From positions 3,630 to 67,629 of the forward strand of contig CAZFCF010000011.1 of assembly GCA_964517685.1 (NCBI GenBank): a DNA stretch of 64,000 bases, in the 5' to 3' direction. The notes under the pieces were generated by a model that worked only from the letters and a program-made list of their open reading frames with translations, was not told the origin of the DNA and did not search any database. This DNA is from an uncultured Gammaproteobacteria bacterium. GTDB lineage: Bacteria > Cyanobacteriota > Vampirovibrionia > LMEP-6097. Each line of letters starts with the position of its first letter. The stretch's first letter is position 1. The position numbers and the translations under genes are program-made. Below are positions 29,963-39,800 of this stretch, one piece after another.

Positions 29963-31306
29963 TTATCTACGTGCTGCTAATTTGTTTGGATCTGTAGTGG
30001 CTGTAGATTTACCATCAACCATTCCATAACTAGTGGTAAGCATAGTAGCCACCTCTCTTCCAGAACTAACCAGTTGAGCCATTTCTTCTGTACTTACGCT
30101 TTCGCCTCTTGCAAGCCTGTCTTTAATATCTTTAACGTCTGTGGCAAAATCATATATCGATTGCATGTCATCTTTAGTGATTCCTTTGAGGTCAGAGAAA
30201 TCATTTTCAGGTGAATTGTATATGGCTTTTAAGTCGCTGTAGAAACTTTTGAAATTTGGGTCATCCGTTTTTCTATCAACTTGAGCTAAGTTCATTTCAA
30301 CAGAATTGAATGGTACGGAAGCCACTTGTTCAAAAGCACTGCCTCCTTTGCCAAGCATCTCAGCTGTATTAGAAGTAGACTCCAATAAAGTTGCAATATC
30401 TGCATTAGTCACAGATGCACCTTTATCAATCTTGTCTCCAACTAGTAAGAGTTGATACAGGGTATCTGACATTTGTTCTTTATCATCTGCTGTAACTCCA
30501 TCTAGGTAAGTACCTTCTTGGTTTGCAACAGAATCCTTACCATTGCTAACTTGAGTAATCAAAGCTTGGTCTACACCGCTCTGACCTAAGAAATTAAGTA
30601 CCTTATCAAAACCAGCTTTAGCATCGCTGAAGAATTGATTGTTACTAGCAATTGGTGGAGGATCTATGTCTGTAAATTCTTTCATTGAATCATCTAAAGT
30701 TTTAAATGATCCTTTAACTGATTTCCAGAATTCTGAGGTCTCGCCAGATTCAGGGAGGCTTCCATATAATTTTTCAGTATTAGCTACTGCAGAATTTAAT
30801 TTATCCTGATATGCGCTGCCTTTCTGATCTGTTTTTGGATCAGCAGCTAATTTCTTCAAGTCTTCTAACTGTTTAGTTAAATTATCCATCTCCCCTTTTT
30901 GATCTGGAGTTAATGCTGCTGCTGCATTTCTCTGAGCTGTTAAGTCGGCAGCTTCTCCATGAGCTGCATCTACAGCACCTTGAGCTTGTTGAATTTGGGT
31001 ATCAGCAAGTCTTACTTGTGAAGTAAGTTTGTCCTTCTCTGCTTCGTCTACAACTTTAACTGTCTTCTTGCCTTTACCACCAGAATTTTCTGTTTTCATT
31101 GGTGGTGGTGATAATTTGTCTTGAGCTTCTTGTTTAGCTGTTGCTGCAGTGTCTAAAGATTTGGTTGCACTGTCTGCACGCTTTTCAGCTTCTTTGATTT
31201 TCGAGTCTAAAATTAGTTCTTCACTATGGCTGCTATCTGTTTTTGTGGCTTTCTCTGTTGCCTTCGTGATGACAGAACTTAAATCAGTTGTAATAGTGTT
31301 GGACAT
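29963..31306 (-). CDS. Orphan A/D/K/T-rich coiled-coil protein (secreted-substrate-like)
   Basis: 447-aa ORF with no Cys; N-terminus MSNTITTDLSS; long heptad stretches; GAGG RBS. Confidence 0.8.
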   Translation of the reverse strand: MSNTITTDLSSVITKATEKATKTDSSHSEELILDSKIKEAEKRADSATKSLDTAATAKQEAQDKLSPPPMKTENSGGKGKKTVKVVDEAEKDKLTSQVRLADTQIQQAQGAVDAAHGEAADLTAQRNAAAALTPDQKGEMDNLTKQLEDLKKLAADPKTDQKGSAYQDKLNSAVANTEKLYGSLPESGETSEFWKSVKGSFKTLDDSMKEFTDIDPPPIASNNQFFSDAKAGFDKVLNFLGQSGVDQALITQVSNGKDSVANQEGTYLDGVTADDKEQMSDTLYQLLLVGDKIDKGASVTNADIATLLESTSNTAEMLGKGGSAFEQVASVPFNSVEMNLAQVDRKTDDPNFKSFYSDLKAIYNSPENDFSDLKGITKDDMQSIYDFATDVKDIKDRLARGESVSTEEMAQLVSSGREVATMLTTSYGMVDGKSTATTDPNKLAARR

Positions 31307-31445
31307 AAATAAACCTCAAACCTTTTCAGTTGATAAGGTTTTGTAACTTGTTCAGTTTAAGGTTAGGTTAAATGCCTGAAATCTTGTCAAATAGGAGTTT
31401 GGAGAAGCTGAGTCAAGTCTGTTTTTGAAGAGTTGAGTAGGGGAA

Positions 31446-31479
31446 ATTCACGAAGGTAAAATTTTCAACCTTCGTGAAT
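31446..31479. other. 12-bp perfect hairpin
   Basis: ATTCACGAAGGT-N10-ACCTTCGTGAAT in the ycf45/orphan-operon spacer. Confidence 0.6.
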
Positions 31480-31550
31480 GGGGTCCACACGAACGATGAA
31501 AAAATCAGGGTTGCGAAGATTCGTGAATCGGATGCTGAATTTTAGTAGTT

Positions 31551-31586
31551 CTGGATTGCCACGCCATTTCGTGGCTCGCAATGACG
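31551..31586. repeat. Family A short palindromic repeat
   Basis: CTGGATTGCCACGCCATTTCGTGGCTCGCAATGACG. Confidence 0.85.
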
Positions 31587-31594
31587 ACTCCGTT

Positions 31595-32974
31595 TTAAAG
31601 AACGCTCTCACTATTGTCGTAATATGAAGCCTTATTCCAATCCTTATCCATGTAAGGAAGATCATTAATTACTTCTTCTAGCAAAGTACTGATGCAAGCT
31701 AGCGAATTCTCTTCAACTATTTTGATAGGAATTCTTTTACTTTCAGAGATTTGGAAAATCTTTGCATCTGGCTGAGCATAACTCTTCAGAGCAAAAATCA
31801 AATCAGCTTCATCTAAAGTATTAACTATAGAAAAATCTAATTCACTGCTTGAAGCAAAAGCTCTTTTCAGTAATGATTTGCTAATTGCATAAGGGTAGAT
31901 GGCAAGTGACTTACCATCTTTTGCAAAAAGTAAACTTTTATCGTCTTCTGGTTTTTCGATCTCTGTAGATCTTTCAAGAATAGTAACTTCATCAGTTTCT
32001 TTATCGCGTTTTCTAAGTTCTGGATAAATAGGCTGACCTCTAAGAAGCGCATCCACACTGTTAGCCACGTTCTTATGTACGTTAACTGTATACTTGTCGA
32101 TGATCTCGATACAAATATCAAAAGTTGGTTTTGCCGCACGCTCTAGAATAGATTTACGAGTGCCGCGTCTTTTAGCTTCTTCATCACCTAAGGTTACAGT
32201 CTGAATGCCACCAACTAAATCGCTTAAAGTTGGGTTTTGGATAACGTTCTCTAATGAATAACCATGAGCTGTGCCTATAAGGTTTACACCGCGCTCAGCA
32301 ATTGTTCTTGCAGCCGCAGCCTCTTCTACTGTACCAATTTCATCAATAACAATAGTCTCAGGCATATGATTTTCAACAGCTTCGATCATGATGTCGTGCT
32401 GCTTTTTGTCATAAGGTAATTGCATTCTTCTCGCTCTACCGATTCCTGGGTGTGGAATATCGCCATCTCCGGCAATTTCGTTAGAGGTATCTACAACGAT
32501 TACTCTGTTCTCTTTTTCAACAGAAAGAAAATATGCAATCTCTCTAAGCATCGTGGTTTTACCAACACCAGGAGGTCCTAATAAAAGCACAGATTTTTGC
32601 TGTTCAAGACAGTCTTTAATAATATTGATAGTTCCAAAAATTGAACGACCAATTCTTACAGTGAAACCGATAATTTCATTGTTTTTGTTTTTTACACAAC
32701 TAATTCTGTGAAGAGTTCCTTCCATTCCAGCGCGGTTGGAGTGGTTGAATATGCCAACTTGTTTGGCGATGTCAGCAATAATCTCTCGGGTTACGCTTTG
32801 CTCGCCGAGTAATATTGTTTTATGTTTTGAAAATCTGGCTTCTGGTATTCTGCCTATATCTATAACTACTTCTAGTAATTTGCTCAAATCGTGGTCTTTG
32901 AGAGCTTTCTGTATATTTCGGGGTAAGAGCTTTAATATCTCTAGTACATCATCTTTTCTTATATCTACCATCAA
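31595..32974 (-). CDS. ycf45: Ycf45/SpoIIIAA-like AAA ATPase
   Basis: EVVIDIGR.PEARF, NRAG.E.TLHRIS, GPPGVGKTT, DTSNEIAGDGDIPH, EAVENHMP, TAHG. Confidence 0.85.
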   Translation of the reverse strand: MMVDIRKDDVLEILKLLPRNIQKALKDHDLSKLLEVVIDIGRIPEARFSKHKTILLGEQSVTREIIADIAKQVGIFNHSNRAGMEGTLHRISCVKNKNNEIIGFTVRIGRSIFGTINIIKDCLEQQKSVLLLGPPGVGKTTMLREIAYFLSVEKENRVIVVDTSNEIAGDGDIPHPGIGRARRMQLPYDKKQHDIMIEAVENHMPETIVIDEIGTVEEAAAARTIAERGVNLIGTAHGYSLENVIQNPTLSDLVGGIQTVTLGDEEAKRRGTRKSILERAAKPTFDICIEIIDKYTVNVHKNVANSVDALLRGQPIYPELRKRDKETDEVTILERSTEIEKPEDDKSLLFAKDGKSLAIYPYAISKSLLKRAFASSSELDFSIVNTLDEADLIFALKSYAQPDAKIFQISESKRIPIKIVEENSLACISTLLEEVINDLPYMDKDWNKASYYDNSESVL

Positions 32975-33026
32975 GGTTCGGTTACCTTCTTTGTCACTAT
33001 GATACCTCTAAACTTGTTTTTTGTAA

Positions 33027-34076
33027 CTATATTTTAATTATTTCACCTAAAGTTTTTGATGTATTTATGAGGTCCCTTGCAAAAATTATTGCTTCTTGGG
33101 TATCTAAGGTATTCTCTTTGTAATAAGAATCGTGAATAATTTTTCGTACATATGAACCTATTGCTACTCCGTTTACTTGGACATTTTCTTTGAAAGCTTT
33201 TTCTAGACTGTGTTCTGTGACACCACCTGCAAGTTGCACGAAAATTTCTTTTGCGTATTGAGGGAACTCTGCGTTAATTTTTTTGATTACGATTTCTGCA
33301 TTCTTAATACTTATAAGATCCTTGTTGGCACTTTTATCCCAGCGCGCGCCAGCTAAGGGTATGCCGTCGGTTTGAATAATGAAAGGTTTCAAATAACCAT
33401 GTTTATTTATTACTGCATTAATAATTGCGGAACTGGCATTCTCTAAATCTTCTTGATTCATTTTTTCTGAACCAATACAAAAAGATTCTAATAAAAAGCT
33501 CTTGGGGACTTGCTTGTAGAACTTATGAAAAAGATCTAAGTCGTTATTTAAATGAATTTCAATTGCATTTGCTCCTAGTTCTATAAGATTGCTTATTGAC
33601 TCAGGGCTCTGTGAGTTCCAATGTTCATAATCAAGTGCGGTGAAATGGCAATCAGGAAGACAATTCCCACAGCCGTAACAAAGATCGATATCGTAATTAA
33701 AATTTGCTTCTGGGCTTTGATAGAAAGCATCAGCAGGACAACTAGGTATGCAAGCAAGACACTCAGTGCAGTTCTCTACATTTAAAACAATTCTTCTAAA
33801 GTGCGGATCCTCTCCAATATTTACACTGATCATTAATAGTGGTTCTGATAAATTTGGATTTTCGTGAAGAGCTTTTTCTATACCTTTCTTGGCATAAATT
33901 ACAGAATTGGGAAATGCTGAAATATCGAGAGCATTTACTTGAGCATGAGTAAAGATGTAAGAAAAATTTTCTATGAGCTTGAAGTCTTTTAAAGCAGCAC
34001 CAATAATAAGCTTGTGAAAAGACTTTGCTTTTAAAGCGCTCTGAAAATTATTTACATTAGTAAGGTTCAAACTCAC
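33027..34076 (-). CDS. ldpA: LdpA-family 2x[4Fe-4S] protein
   Basis: KLIIGA, LMISVN.GEDPHFR, CxxCxxCxxxCP, CYGCGNCLPDC, AIEIH, QTDG.P, VQLAGG, GVAIGS; upstream of ycf45 as in cyanobacteria. Confidence 0.82.
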   Translation of the reverse strand: MSLNLTNVNNFQSALKAKSFHKLIIGAALKDFKLIENFSYIFTHAQVNALDISAFPNSVIYAKKGIEKALHENPNLSEPLLMISVNIGEDPHFRRIVLNVENCTECLACIPSCPADAFYQSPEANFNYDIDLCYGCGNCLPDCHFTALDYEHWNSQSPESISNLIELGANAIEIHLNNDLDLFHKFYKQVPKSFLLESFCIGSEKMNQEDLENASSAIINAVINKHGYLKPFIIQTDGIPLAGARWDKSANKDLISIKNAEIVIKKINAEFPQYAKEIFVQLAGGVTEHSLEKAFKENVQVNGVAIGSYVRKIIHDSYYKENTLDTQEAIIFARDLINTSKTLGEIIKI

Positions 34077-34093
34077 TATAAATAGTATATATA

Positions 34094-34121
34094 GTTTTAC
34101 CGTTCATTTGAACGGTAAAAC
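34094..34121. promoter_or_regulatory. 13-bp perfect inverted repeat in the divergent ldpA/clpP spacer
   Basis: GTTTTACCGTTCA-TT-TGAACGGTAAAAC. Confidence 0.5.
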
Positions 34122-34264
34122 AGTTCTCTCTCGACTCAACCAAGAAGCAAGCTCCTTGGTTTTCGCCTACGTTCGAATAAATCTCTGTTAATATTTAAGA
34201 AAATTTAAGGACAAAGCTTTGCGGATTAGGCTTACACAAATATTCATGTTAGAGTTTTATACAT

Positions 34265-34990
34265 ATGGATTATCGAGATATAAGTCGTAGTGTTAAAGCA
34301 GATATAAGAAGTATTACTCAAGATTATGGTCTTCCAAACCCTTTGGATTTACATGGTCAGGACATTTGGGCATATGCACCACAAGCATATGTGCCAAGCG
34401 TAATTGAAACTACTCCAAGAGGTGAAAGATCTTTTGATTTATTCTCAAGACTATTACGCGAGAGAATTATATTTTTAACGTCAGAAGTTAATGACGTTGT
34501 TTCAAGTATTATCGTTGGCCAGTTACTTCTATTAGATTCAGAAGATGGCAGCAAAGATATTTATTTCTACATCAATAGCCCAGGTGGTTCTGTTACTGCT
34601 GGTTTGGCTATGTACGATACTATGCAACACGTTCGCGCGGATGTGATGACTATTTGTATGGGTCAATGTGCAAGTATGGGGGCTTTCCTTTTGAGCTCTG
34701 GTCAGAAAAACAAACGTATGGCACTCCCGCATTCACGTATTTTGATTCACCAACCTCTAGGTGGCGCGCAGGGACAAGCTTCTGATATTGAGATTCAAGC
34801 TAATGAAATTTTGAGAATGAAGAGAATGCTTAATGACATTCTTGCTGCTAACACGGGTCAACCTTATGAGAGAATCCTTAAGGATACAGATCGTGATAAC
34901 ATTATGACTCCAAAGGAAGCTAAAGAGTATGGTTTAATCGATCAGATTATTCTAAAAAGACCTACTGAGCTTGATCCAGAGAATAACTAA
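34265..34990 (+). CDS. clpP: ATP-dependent Clp protease proteolytic subunit
   Basis: [36 protein letters not shown]. Confidence 0.97.
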   Translation: MDYRDISRSVKADIRSITQDYGLPNPLDLHGQDIWAYAPQAYVPSVIETTPRGERSFDLFSRLLRERIIFLTSEVNDVVSSIIVGQLLLLDSEDGSKDIYFYINSPGGSVTAGLAMYDTMQHVRADVMTICMGQCASMGAFLLSSGQKNKRMALPHSRILIHQPLGGAQGQASDIEIQANEILRMKRMLNDILAANTGQPYERILKDTDRDNIMTPKEAKEYGLIDQIILKRPTELDPENN

Positions 34991-35027
34991 TCCTTTCTCT
35001 TAATTAGGCCTCTCGAGATAGACCGCA

Positions 35028-36365
35028 ATGGCTAAAAAAGATATACCTTTATTACAATGTTCTTTCTGTGGTAAAAAACAGGATCAGGTTCAGAAGTTAC
35101 TTTCTGGTCCTCCTGGTTTGTACATCTGTGACGAGTGCATCAATATGTGCAATGAATTACTTCTAGATTGGGGTATTGGTGTACCGCATATTGATGAAGA
35201 GAATGCTGAAGCTGAATCTATCTCAAATGAAAATCTTCCAAAGCCTAAAGAAATCAAAGCTCATTTAGATGAATACGTTATTGGTAATGATGATGCCAAG
35301 AAGACTTTAGCGGTTGCTGTTTACAATCATTACAAAAGAATTTTTCATAACTTCTCTAATATTAAAGAGAAAGATAATGTAGAGATCCAAAAATCTAATA
35401 TTTTGCTTCTTGGTCCAACTGGTAGTGGCAAGACTCATATTGTTGAAACCTTAGCTAAGTTATTGAATGTGCCTTTTGCAATTGCTGATGCAACTACTAT
35501 TACTGAAGCTGGCTATGTTGGTGAAGATGCAGAAAATATTTTGCAAAGACTTTATCAAGATGCAGAAAACAATTTAGAGAAAGCAGAAAGAGGAATCATC
35601 TACATCGATGAGATAGACAAGATTTCACGTAAGTCTGAGAATCCATCTATTACTCGTGATGTCTCTGGTGAAGGTGTGCAACAAGCTTTATTGAAGATCG
35701 TTGAAGGTACTAAAGCTAATATTCCTGCTCATGGCAATCGTAAACATCCACAAATGGAAATGATTGAGATTGATACCAAAAATATTTTGTTTATTTGTGG
35801 TGGCGCGTTTGTTGGCTTAGAAAAAGTTATTGATAAACGTAGAATGAAGTCTCAAGCTGCAATAGGCTTTGGTTCAGTCTCTATGAGTGAAGAAGAGAAA
35901 GCTCAAAAACTTTCTGAAACTTTCAAGCATGTGGAACCAGAAGATTTGGTGCATTTCGGATTGATACCAGAGTTCGTAGGTAGATTACCGGTTCTAACTT
36001 ATTTAGAAGCTCCAGATATAGCTACTCTTAAACGTATTCTTACCGAGCCTAAAAATTCTCTGATCAAACAATACAAAAAACTTTTAGAGTTAGATGAAGT
36101 TAATCTTGAATTTACAGATGAGGCGATAATTGCAATTGCAGTGAAAGCCCAAAAACGTAAAATGGGTGCACGTGCTCTAAGAAGCACTATTGAAGCAATA
36201 ATGAAAGACATTATGTTTGAAGTGCCTTCTAATAAAGAGATTAAAGAAATTATGATTACTGAAGCTATGGTTGAAAAAATCAATCTAGCAGAGGTAATTC
36301 CTATTAGTGGTGATAAGCCTGATATTGAGTCGGTTAACGTGTTGCCTAAGACTAAACAAGCATAA
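35028..36365 (+). CDS. clpX: ClpX ATPase
   Basis: CSFCGK...ICDEC zinc finger, [31 protein letters not shown] loop. Confidence 0.97.
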   Translation: MAKKDIPLLQCSFCGKKQDQVQKLLSGPPGLYICDECINMCNELLLDWGIGVPHIDEENAEAESISNENLPKPKEIKAHLDEYVIGNDDAKKTLAVAVYNHYKRIFHNFSNIKEKDNVEIQKSNILLLGPTGSGKTHIVETLAKLLNVPFAIADATTITEAGYVGEDAENILQRLYQDAENNLEKAERGIIYIDEIDKISRKSENPSITRDVSGEGVQQALLKIVEGTKANIPAHGNRKHPQMEMIEIDTKNILFICGGAFVGLEKVIDKRRMKSQAAIGFGSVSMSEEEKAQKLSETFKHVEPEDLVHFGLIPEFVGRLPVLTYLEAPDIATLKRILTEPKNSLIKQYKKLLELDEVNLEFTDEAIIAIAVKAQKRKMGARALRSTIEAIMKDIMFEVPSNKEIKEIMITEAMVEKINLAEVIPISGDKPDIESVNVLPKTKQA

Positions 36366-36586
36366 TTTTAAATAAGCCTGTCGCGTAACTGATATTTCGT
36401 ATGGATTCAGCTTCATTCGTTTGCAGCAAATCAAGCTCGCCTTGTATTACGCTTCGCGACCGAAAGATATTAGTAATCTACTTTATCTTTTTGAACTACG
36501 CGGCTTGCTGATTTGCTTGGCAATCTCATTTTGCTTCATCTCATACTCTTATCAAAGTTACGCTTCCAAGGCTTATTTGAAAATTA
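36363..36586. repeat. Family B ~200-bp long-hairpin element, copy 1
   Basis: Terminal arms TAATTTTAAATAAGCCT / AGGCTTATTTGAAAATTA; core homologous to 50914-51116. Confidence 0.8.
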
Positions 36587-36603
36587 AATATTTTTTTGAA
36601 ATA

Positions 36604-37719
36604 TCATAATCGGATTGCAAACCCATCGGCATCAATCTTCTCGTATTTGAATTCATCAATGATAGTTACAGTATTGTTTTCACCAGGGCATTGAAGTCTA
36701 AGCAAATCCGTACCTGTATTGTTCAAGCCAAGATTATTGGTTAGGGTGAGTCCATTATGTGCGGCAATGAAATCTTTATCGAGGAATCTATAGCGAACTT
36801 GAATACTGTCTGAAAGAGTGCAGCCTTTTAGTGGGAAGTCCTTACTGGAGCGGTTTTTAAAGATAGCGAATTCATCTTCTAAAGCATGGACTTTATCGAT
36901 GAACACTGCTTGTAGTTTGATTATATGTTCTAAGTATCGTGGATTAGTTTGTGATTTCAAGAAGAAATGTTTGGAGAGTTCGAAGATTTCAGTACTGGTT
37001 ATGTCACTAACATCTATTTCTGGATTGATGAAGTAATTATTTTTCTCTACAGCAAATGAAGCAAGAGGATTTTCAGAGCTTACTTTTAATTCGCTTTCAA
37101 ACTCAGTTTCAGGCAAGAAATAGAATTTAGTATAAGGACTTTTAACACTTTCAAAGCCATCACGGTAATAAATTTGATAGAGAAAATTTATGCCGCTTTG
37201 TAAATCACCATTAACAGCTTTACTAAGCTCAAGACCTTGTTCATAGCTATTTGCTAAAACAGAATCTAATTCTTGATGATTGGAAATAACTTCATAGTCA
37301 AGCCTTACTGCTGGAGCTGGTTTTGGGCGGACTCTGAGTTTATCAATGGGACTAATAGTTTTACTTTTGAGTAATTTACTAGCTAGTTTTAAATTAAGAT
37401 CATAATCACCTAGATTAATATTTTCAGGAATTAGAATCTTTAGATTATTAGTGTTTGCTGTAATTACTTCTACTGCAATTTGTTTAGGTTTTTTCTTAGT
37501 AAAGTCTATTAGAGAAACTTTGTGTACTTCGGGATAATTAGTAATGAAACCGGTGCCTTTGAGTGTAAGTACACTACCTTGGCTTATCTCAAAATTTTGG
37601 TTGAAATCTAAGATTGGAGCTGGAATAGTTTTCTTCGCTGCATTAGATTTTAAGCAAGCAACAATAATGAGTCCGAGAATAATTAATATGATGATTTTCT
37701 TTTTATAGAGATGTTCCAA
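36604..37719 (-). CDS. Exported protein with Ig-like N-terminal part and C-terminal lamin-tail-like domain
   Basis: Signal/TM N-terminus; DEFAIFKNRS...LKGCTLSD...YRF...LNNTGTDLLRL pattern. Confidence 0.65.
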   Translation of the reverse strand: MEHLYKKKIIILIILGLIIVACLKSNAAKKTIPAPILDFNQNFEISQGSVLTLKGTGFITNYPEVHKVSLIDFTKKKPKQIAVEVITANTNNLKILIPENINLGDYDLNLKLASKLLKSKTISPIDKLRVRPKPAPAVRLDYEVISNHQELDSVLANSYEQGLELSKAVNGDLQSGINFLYQIYYRDGFESVKSPYTKFYFLPETEFESELKVSSENPLASFAVEKNNYFINPEIDVSDITSTEIFELSKHFFLKSQTNPRYLEHIIKLQAVFIDKVHALEDEFAIFKNRSSKDFPLKGCTLSDSIQVRYRFLDKDFIAAHNGLTLTNNLGLNNTGTDLLRLQCPGENNTVTIIDEFKYEKIDADGFAIRL

Positions 37720-39508
37720 AATAAACCTCCTTAATTTTGGCTGTGATTGATTCAGGGAAAGAGTTTGATAGTTTTTTGAAATTATGTTCTAGCTTAGTGC
37801 TGAACCAAGAATCAGTACGCGCGTCGAGTTGTGCTGTGTATTCTTCAAGTTTGATTCGATCTTGGTAATAAATTTCAGAAGAGGTAGTTTCAGGATCTTC
37901 CTCATTAGTTTCTAAAACGGTATTTAAAATTCTATATAAAAGTTCGCGACGGGTGAAATAGATCTGTGTGATTTCATTGAGAATATTTTCACGAATATTA
38001 GCTGTGACTCTAGCACTAGTATTAATATCATTTATCTCTGGATCATAAATTATATTGCCGAGATTCCAACTTAGTTTCATTCCAGTATCGATTTGATTAT
38101 CATCACGATCGACATTGACTTGATCTTGGCTAGTGCTAATACCACTGTTGCTCGACGTGAAACTATCTTTGCCACTGCTTTCTATGGAAATGTAGTTTTG
38201 TATGCCCTTGTTGGCAAAAGTTTCAAATTCTGGCAAAATATTTCTCAATCTGGCTTGCCTGCGATAACTTTGAAAATTCTTACCAGATGGTATACCTGTG
38301 AACTCCAGAGCGATTTTATGTAATTCTTGAACCTTTGGTTCACAGGCTAAAATTGTAGAAATTAGATTGTGGTTTTCTTTCTTGATAACATTTGCTTCTA
38401 AAGTATTGTTGATTTGAGGAATGGCTAATTCTTGATCCTGTAAATTATTTGTTAGAGTATTTGTTGAATTCAGAAGAGTTAATGCAAGATTTTCTTCTAA
38501 GCTAATTACTTGTCCCTCTGAATTACTGATAATGACTTGATCTGCCTTGTTTTTGCTTTTTGGATATTTTGTATCAATTGAGTAAATATTTTCATTGAGG
38601 TTTTGATCTTTTCGAATCTTGCTTATTGATATTTTCTGCCAGTTTAATGGGCTTGCATTGATTGGACTTATATAAAGTCCCGTAGAACTAGCAAGTAATA
38701 AATTATTATGGAAAGTCTTTATCTCTCTAAGAACATGAAAACCACTGGCTTCAGTGCTAAGGGCAGAATTATTTTTCACCCAGGTCTTGCCATTATCATT
38801 GCTAACGAGCAAGCCTATACTACTGGGTAAATAAATGCGATTAAGATCTTTGGAAATTCTTTCCACTAAGAATCTACCAAAACCATAAGATTCATTGAAA
38901 TCTCTACTAATGCCTTGATTACGCCGAAACCAAGTATGCTTGCGTGCATCATAGTAGTAGAAACCGTTTGCGGAGCTGGCAAATTCAGGATTACTACGCG
39001 AGCGATTTAAAGTGAAGAAATTTACTGAAGCAGGACTTGCTTCATAAGATTTCCAAATATAGTTTTCATGTGGATTTTTAGGATTGTGCTGCGCTTGATA
39101 AATACCACTAACACAAGAGATAAAAATTTTACTTGGACTTTTTTCTATATGAAAACATTCTTCTCTTTGAAAAATTCTGCTGTAGTTTTTGAAGATGCCA
39201 ATGTCGGTTGCCAAATAAAAATCTTCATCATCAATAACAATATTGTTGATTTTCAAGAAATTACCATTACTAGAATTGTCGTTTGCAGACTTTAGTAAAT
39301 TGATTTGATCTAATCCTAAGTAAACTTGTCCTTTACTCGAGTAAATGATTTGGTCTTTAAAAAATTTTGCAAATTCTATCGAATTACCAAGGTTTTGTAA
39401 TATCAATGTCCTGGAATTAAATGATTCCGTAATACTTGATGGTTCAATAGCCTGTACTGGGTCTCGGATACTTAACAAAAATAAAAAAATACTCAACAGC
39501 AACAACAA
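37703..39508 (-). CDS. Exported beta-propeller (BNR/WD40-like) protein with conserved helical C-terminal domain
   Basis: Repeats LAT..GI, SNDNGKTW, LASSTGLYIS; C-terminal EPKVQELH...RQARL..ILP...W.LG...EITQIYF.RR...LDART..WF. Start moved to TTG 39508 so it does not cross the tRNA. Confidence 0.7.
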   Translation of the reverse strand: MLLLLSIFLFLLSIRDPVQAIEPSSITESFNSRTLILQNLGNSIEFAKFFKDQIIYSSKGQVYLGLDQINLLKSANDNSSNGNFLKINNIVIDDEDFYLATDIGIFKNYSRIFQREECFHIEKSPSKIFISCVSGIYQAQHNPKNPHENYIWKSYEASPASVNFFTLNRSRSNPEFASSANGFYYYDARKHTWFRRNQGISRDFNESYGFGRFLVERISKDLNRIYLPSSIGLLVSNDNGKTWVKNNSALSTEASGFHVLREIKTFHNNLLLASSTGLYISPINASPLNWQKISISKIRKDQNLNENIYSIDTKYPKSKNKADQVIISNSEGQVISLEENLALTLLNSTNTLTNNLQDQELAIPQINNTLEANVIKKENHNLISTILACEPKVQELHKIALEFTGIPSGKNFQSYRRQARLRNILPEFETFANKGIQNYISIESSGKDSFTSSNSGISTSQDQVNVDRDDNQIDTGMKLSWNLGNIIYDPEINDINTSARVTANIRENILNEITQIYFTRRELLYRILNTVLETNEEDPETTSSEIYYQDRIKLEEYTAQLDARTDSWFSTKLEHNFKKLSNSFPESITAKIKEVYFGTSL

Positions 39509-39551
39509 AAAAGGTTTTCTTGTAGTATTCTTAAATAGTCCAAAAGAGCTT

Positions 39552-39626
39552 TGGGGAGTCGCCAAGCGGTAAGGCAGTGGGTTTTGGTCCCGCCATCCGT
39601 GGGTTCGAATCCTACCTCCCCAGCCA
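39552..39626 (+). tRNA. tRNA-Gln(TTG)
   Basis: Acceptor TGGGGAG/CTCCCCA, anticodon arm GTGGG-TTTTGGT-CCCGC, GGTTCGAATCC, encoded CCA. Confidence 0.97.
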
Positions 39627-39745
39627 TTTTTTCCTGGAAAGCAGTGTGTGCGTCTAAACCCTATGCTCCCCCAGCCATTTTTTTTAATATAAGTGTCTTC
39701 GTCTGAGCCCTGAGCTCCCCAGCCATTTTTTTTAGTAACAGTGTT
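39616..39745 (+). repeat. Three degenerate tandem units, each starting with the tRNA-Gln 3' end
   Basis: CTCCCC(C)AGCCA-Tn ending at 39626, 39677 and 39725; spacers share AGTGT, CGTCT and CCCT. Confidence 0.85.
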
Positions 39746-39763
39746 TAATACGTGTTCTTCTAT

Positions 39764-39800
39764 AAACTTCTTCAAAATCCCCCCTTTGAAAGTTTTTTTT
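39764..39800 (+). terminator. Possible intrinsic terminator of the tRNA-Gln transcript
   Basis: TTCAAA-ATCCCCCC-TTTGAA followed by a T8 tract; the stem is weak. Confidence 0.35.

Noticed and set aside
852-31380. Shared AA(A/G)CCTTA motif or sigma-28-like promoter upstream of orphan genes (851, 2061, 31306)
   Set aside because: Spacing to the start is inconsistent (13, 33 and 27 nt), one instance is a hairpin arm, and a fourth at 46489 is a terminator. The sigma-28-like match before 44641 has several mismatches. It needs a genome-wide motif test.
36421-36609. 62-aa ORF after clpX
   Set aside because: It lies within the family B hairpin element.
39616-39745. Possible mini CRISPR array
   Set aside because: The repeat is the tRNA 3' end, the spacers are homologous to each other, and no cas gene is in the window.
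39509-39775. N-terminal 89 codons of the 690-aa track ORF, with an apparent GGGGGG RBS
   Set aside because: It is the antisense reading of tRNA-Gln and its repeats, and the 'RBS' is the loop of a probable terminator. The signal-like hydrophobic stretch begins near 39508. It is not formally excluded.
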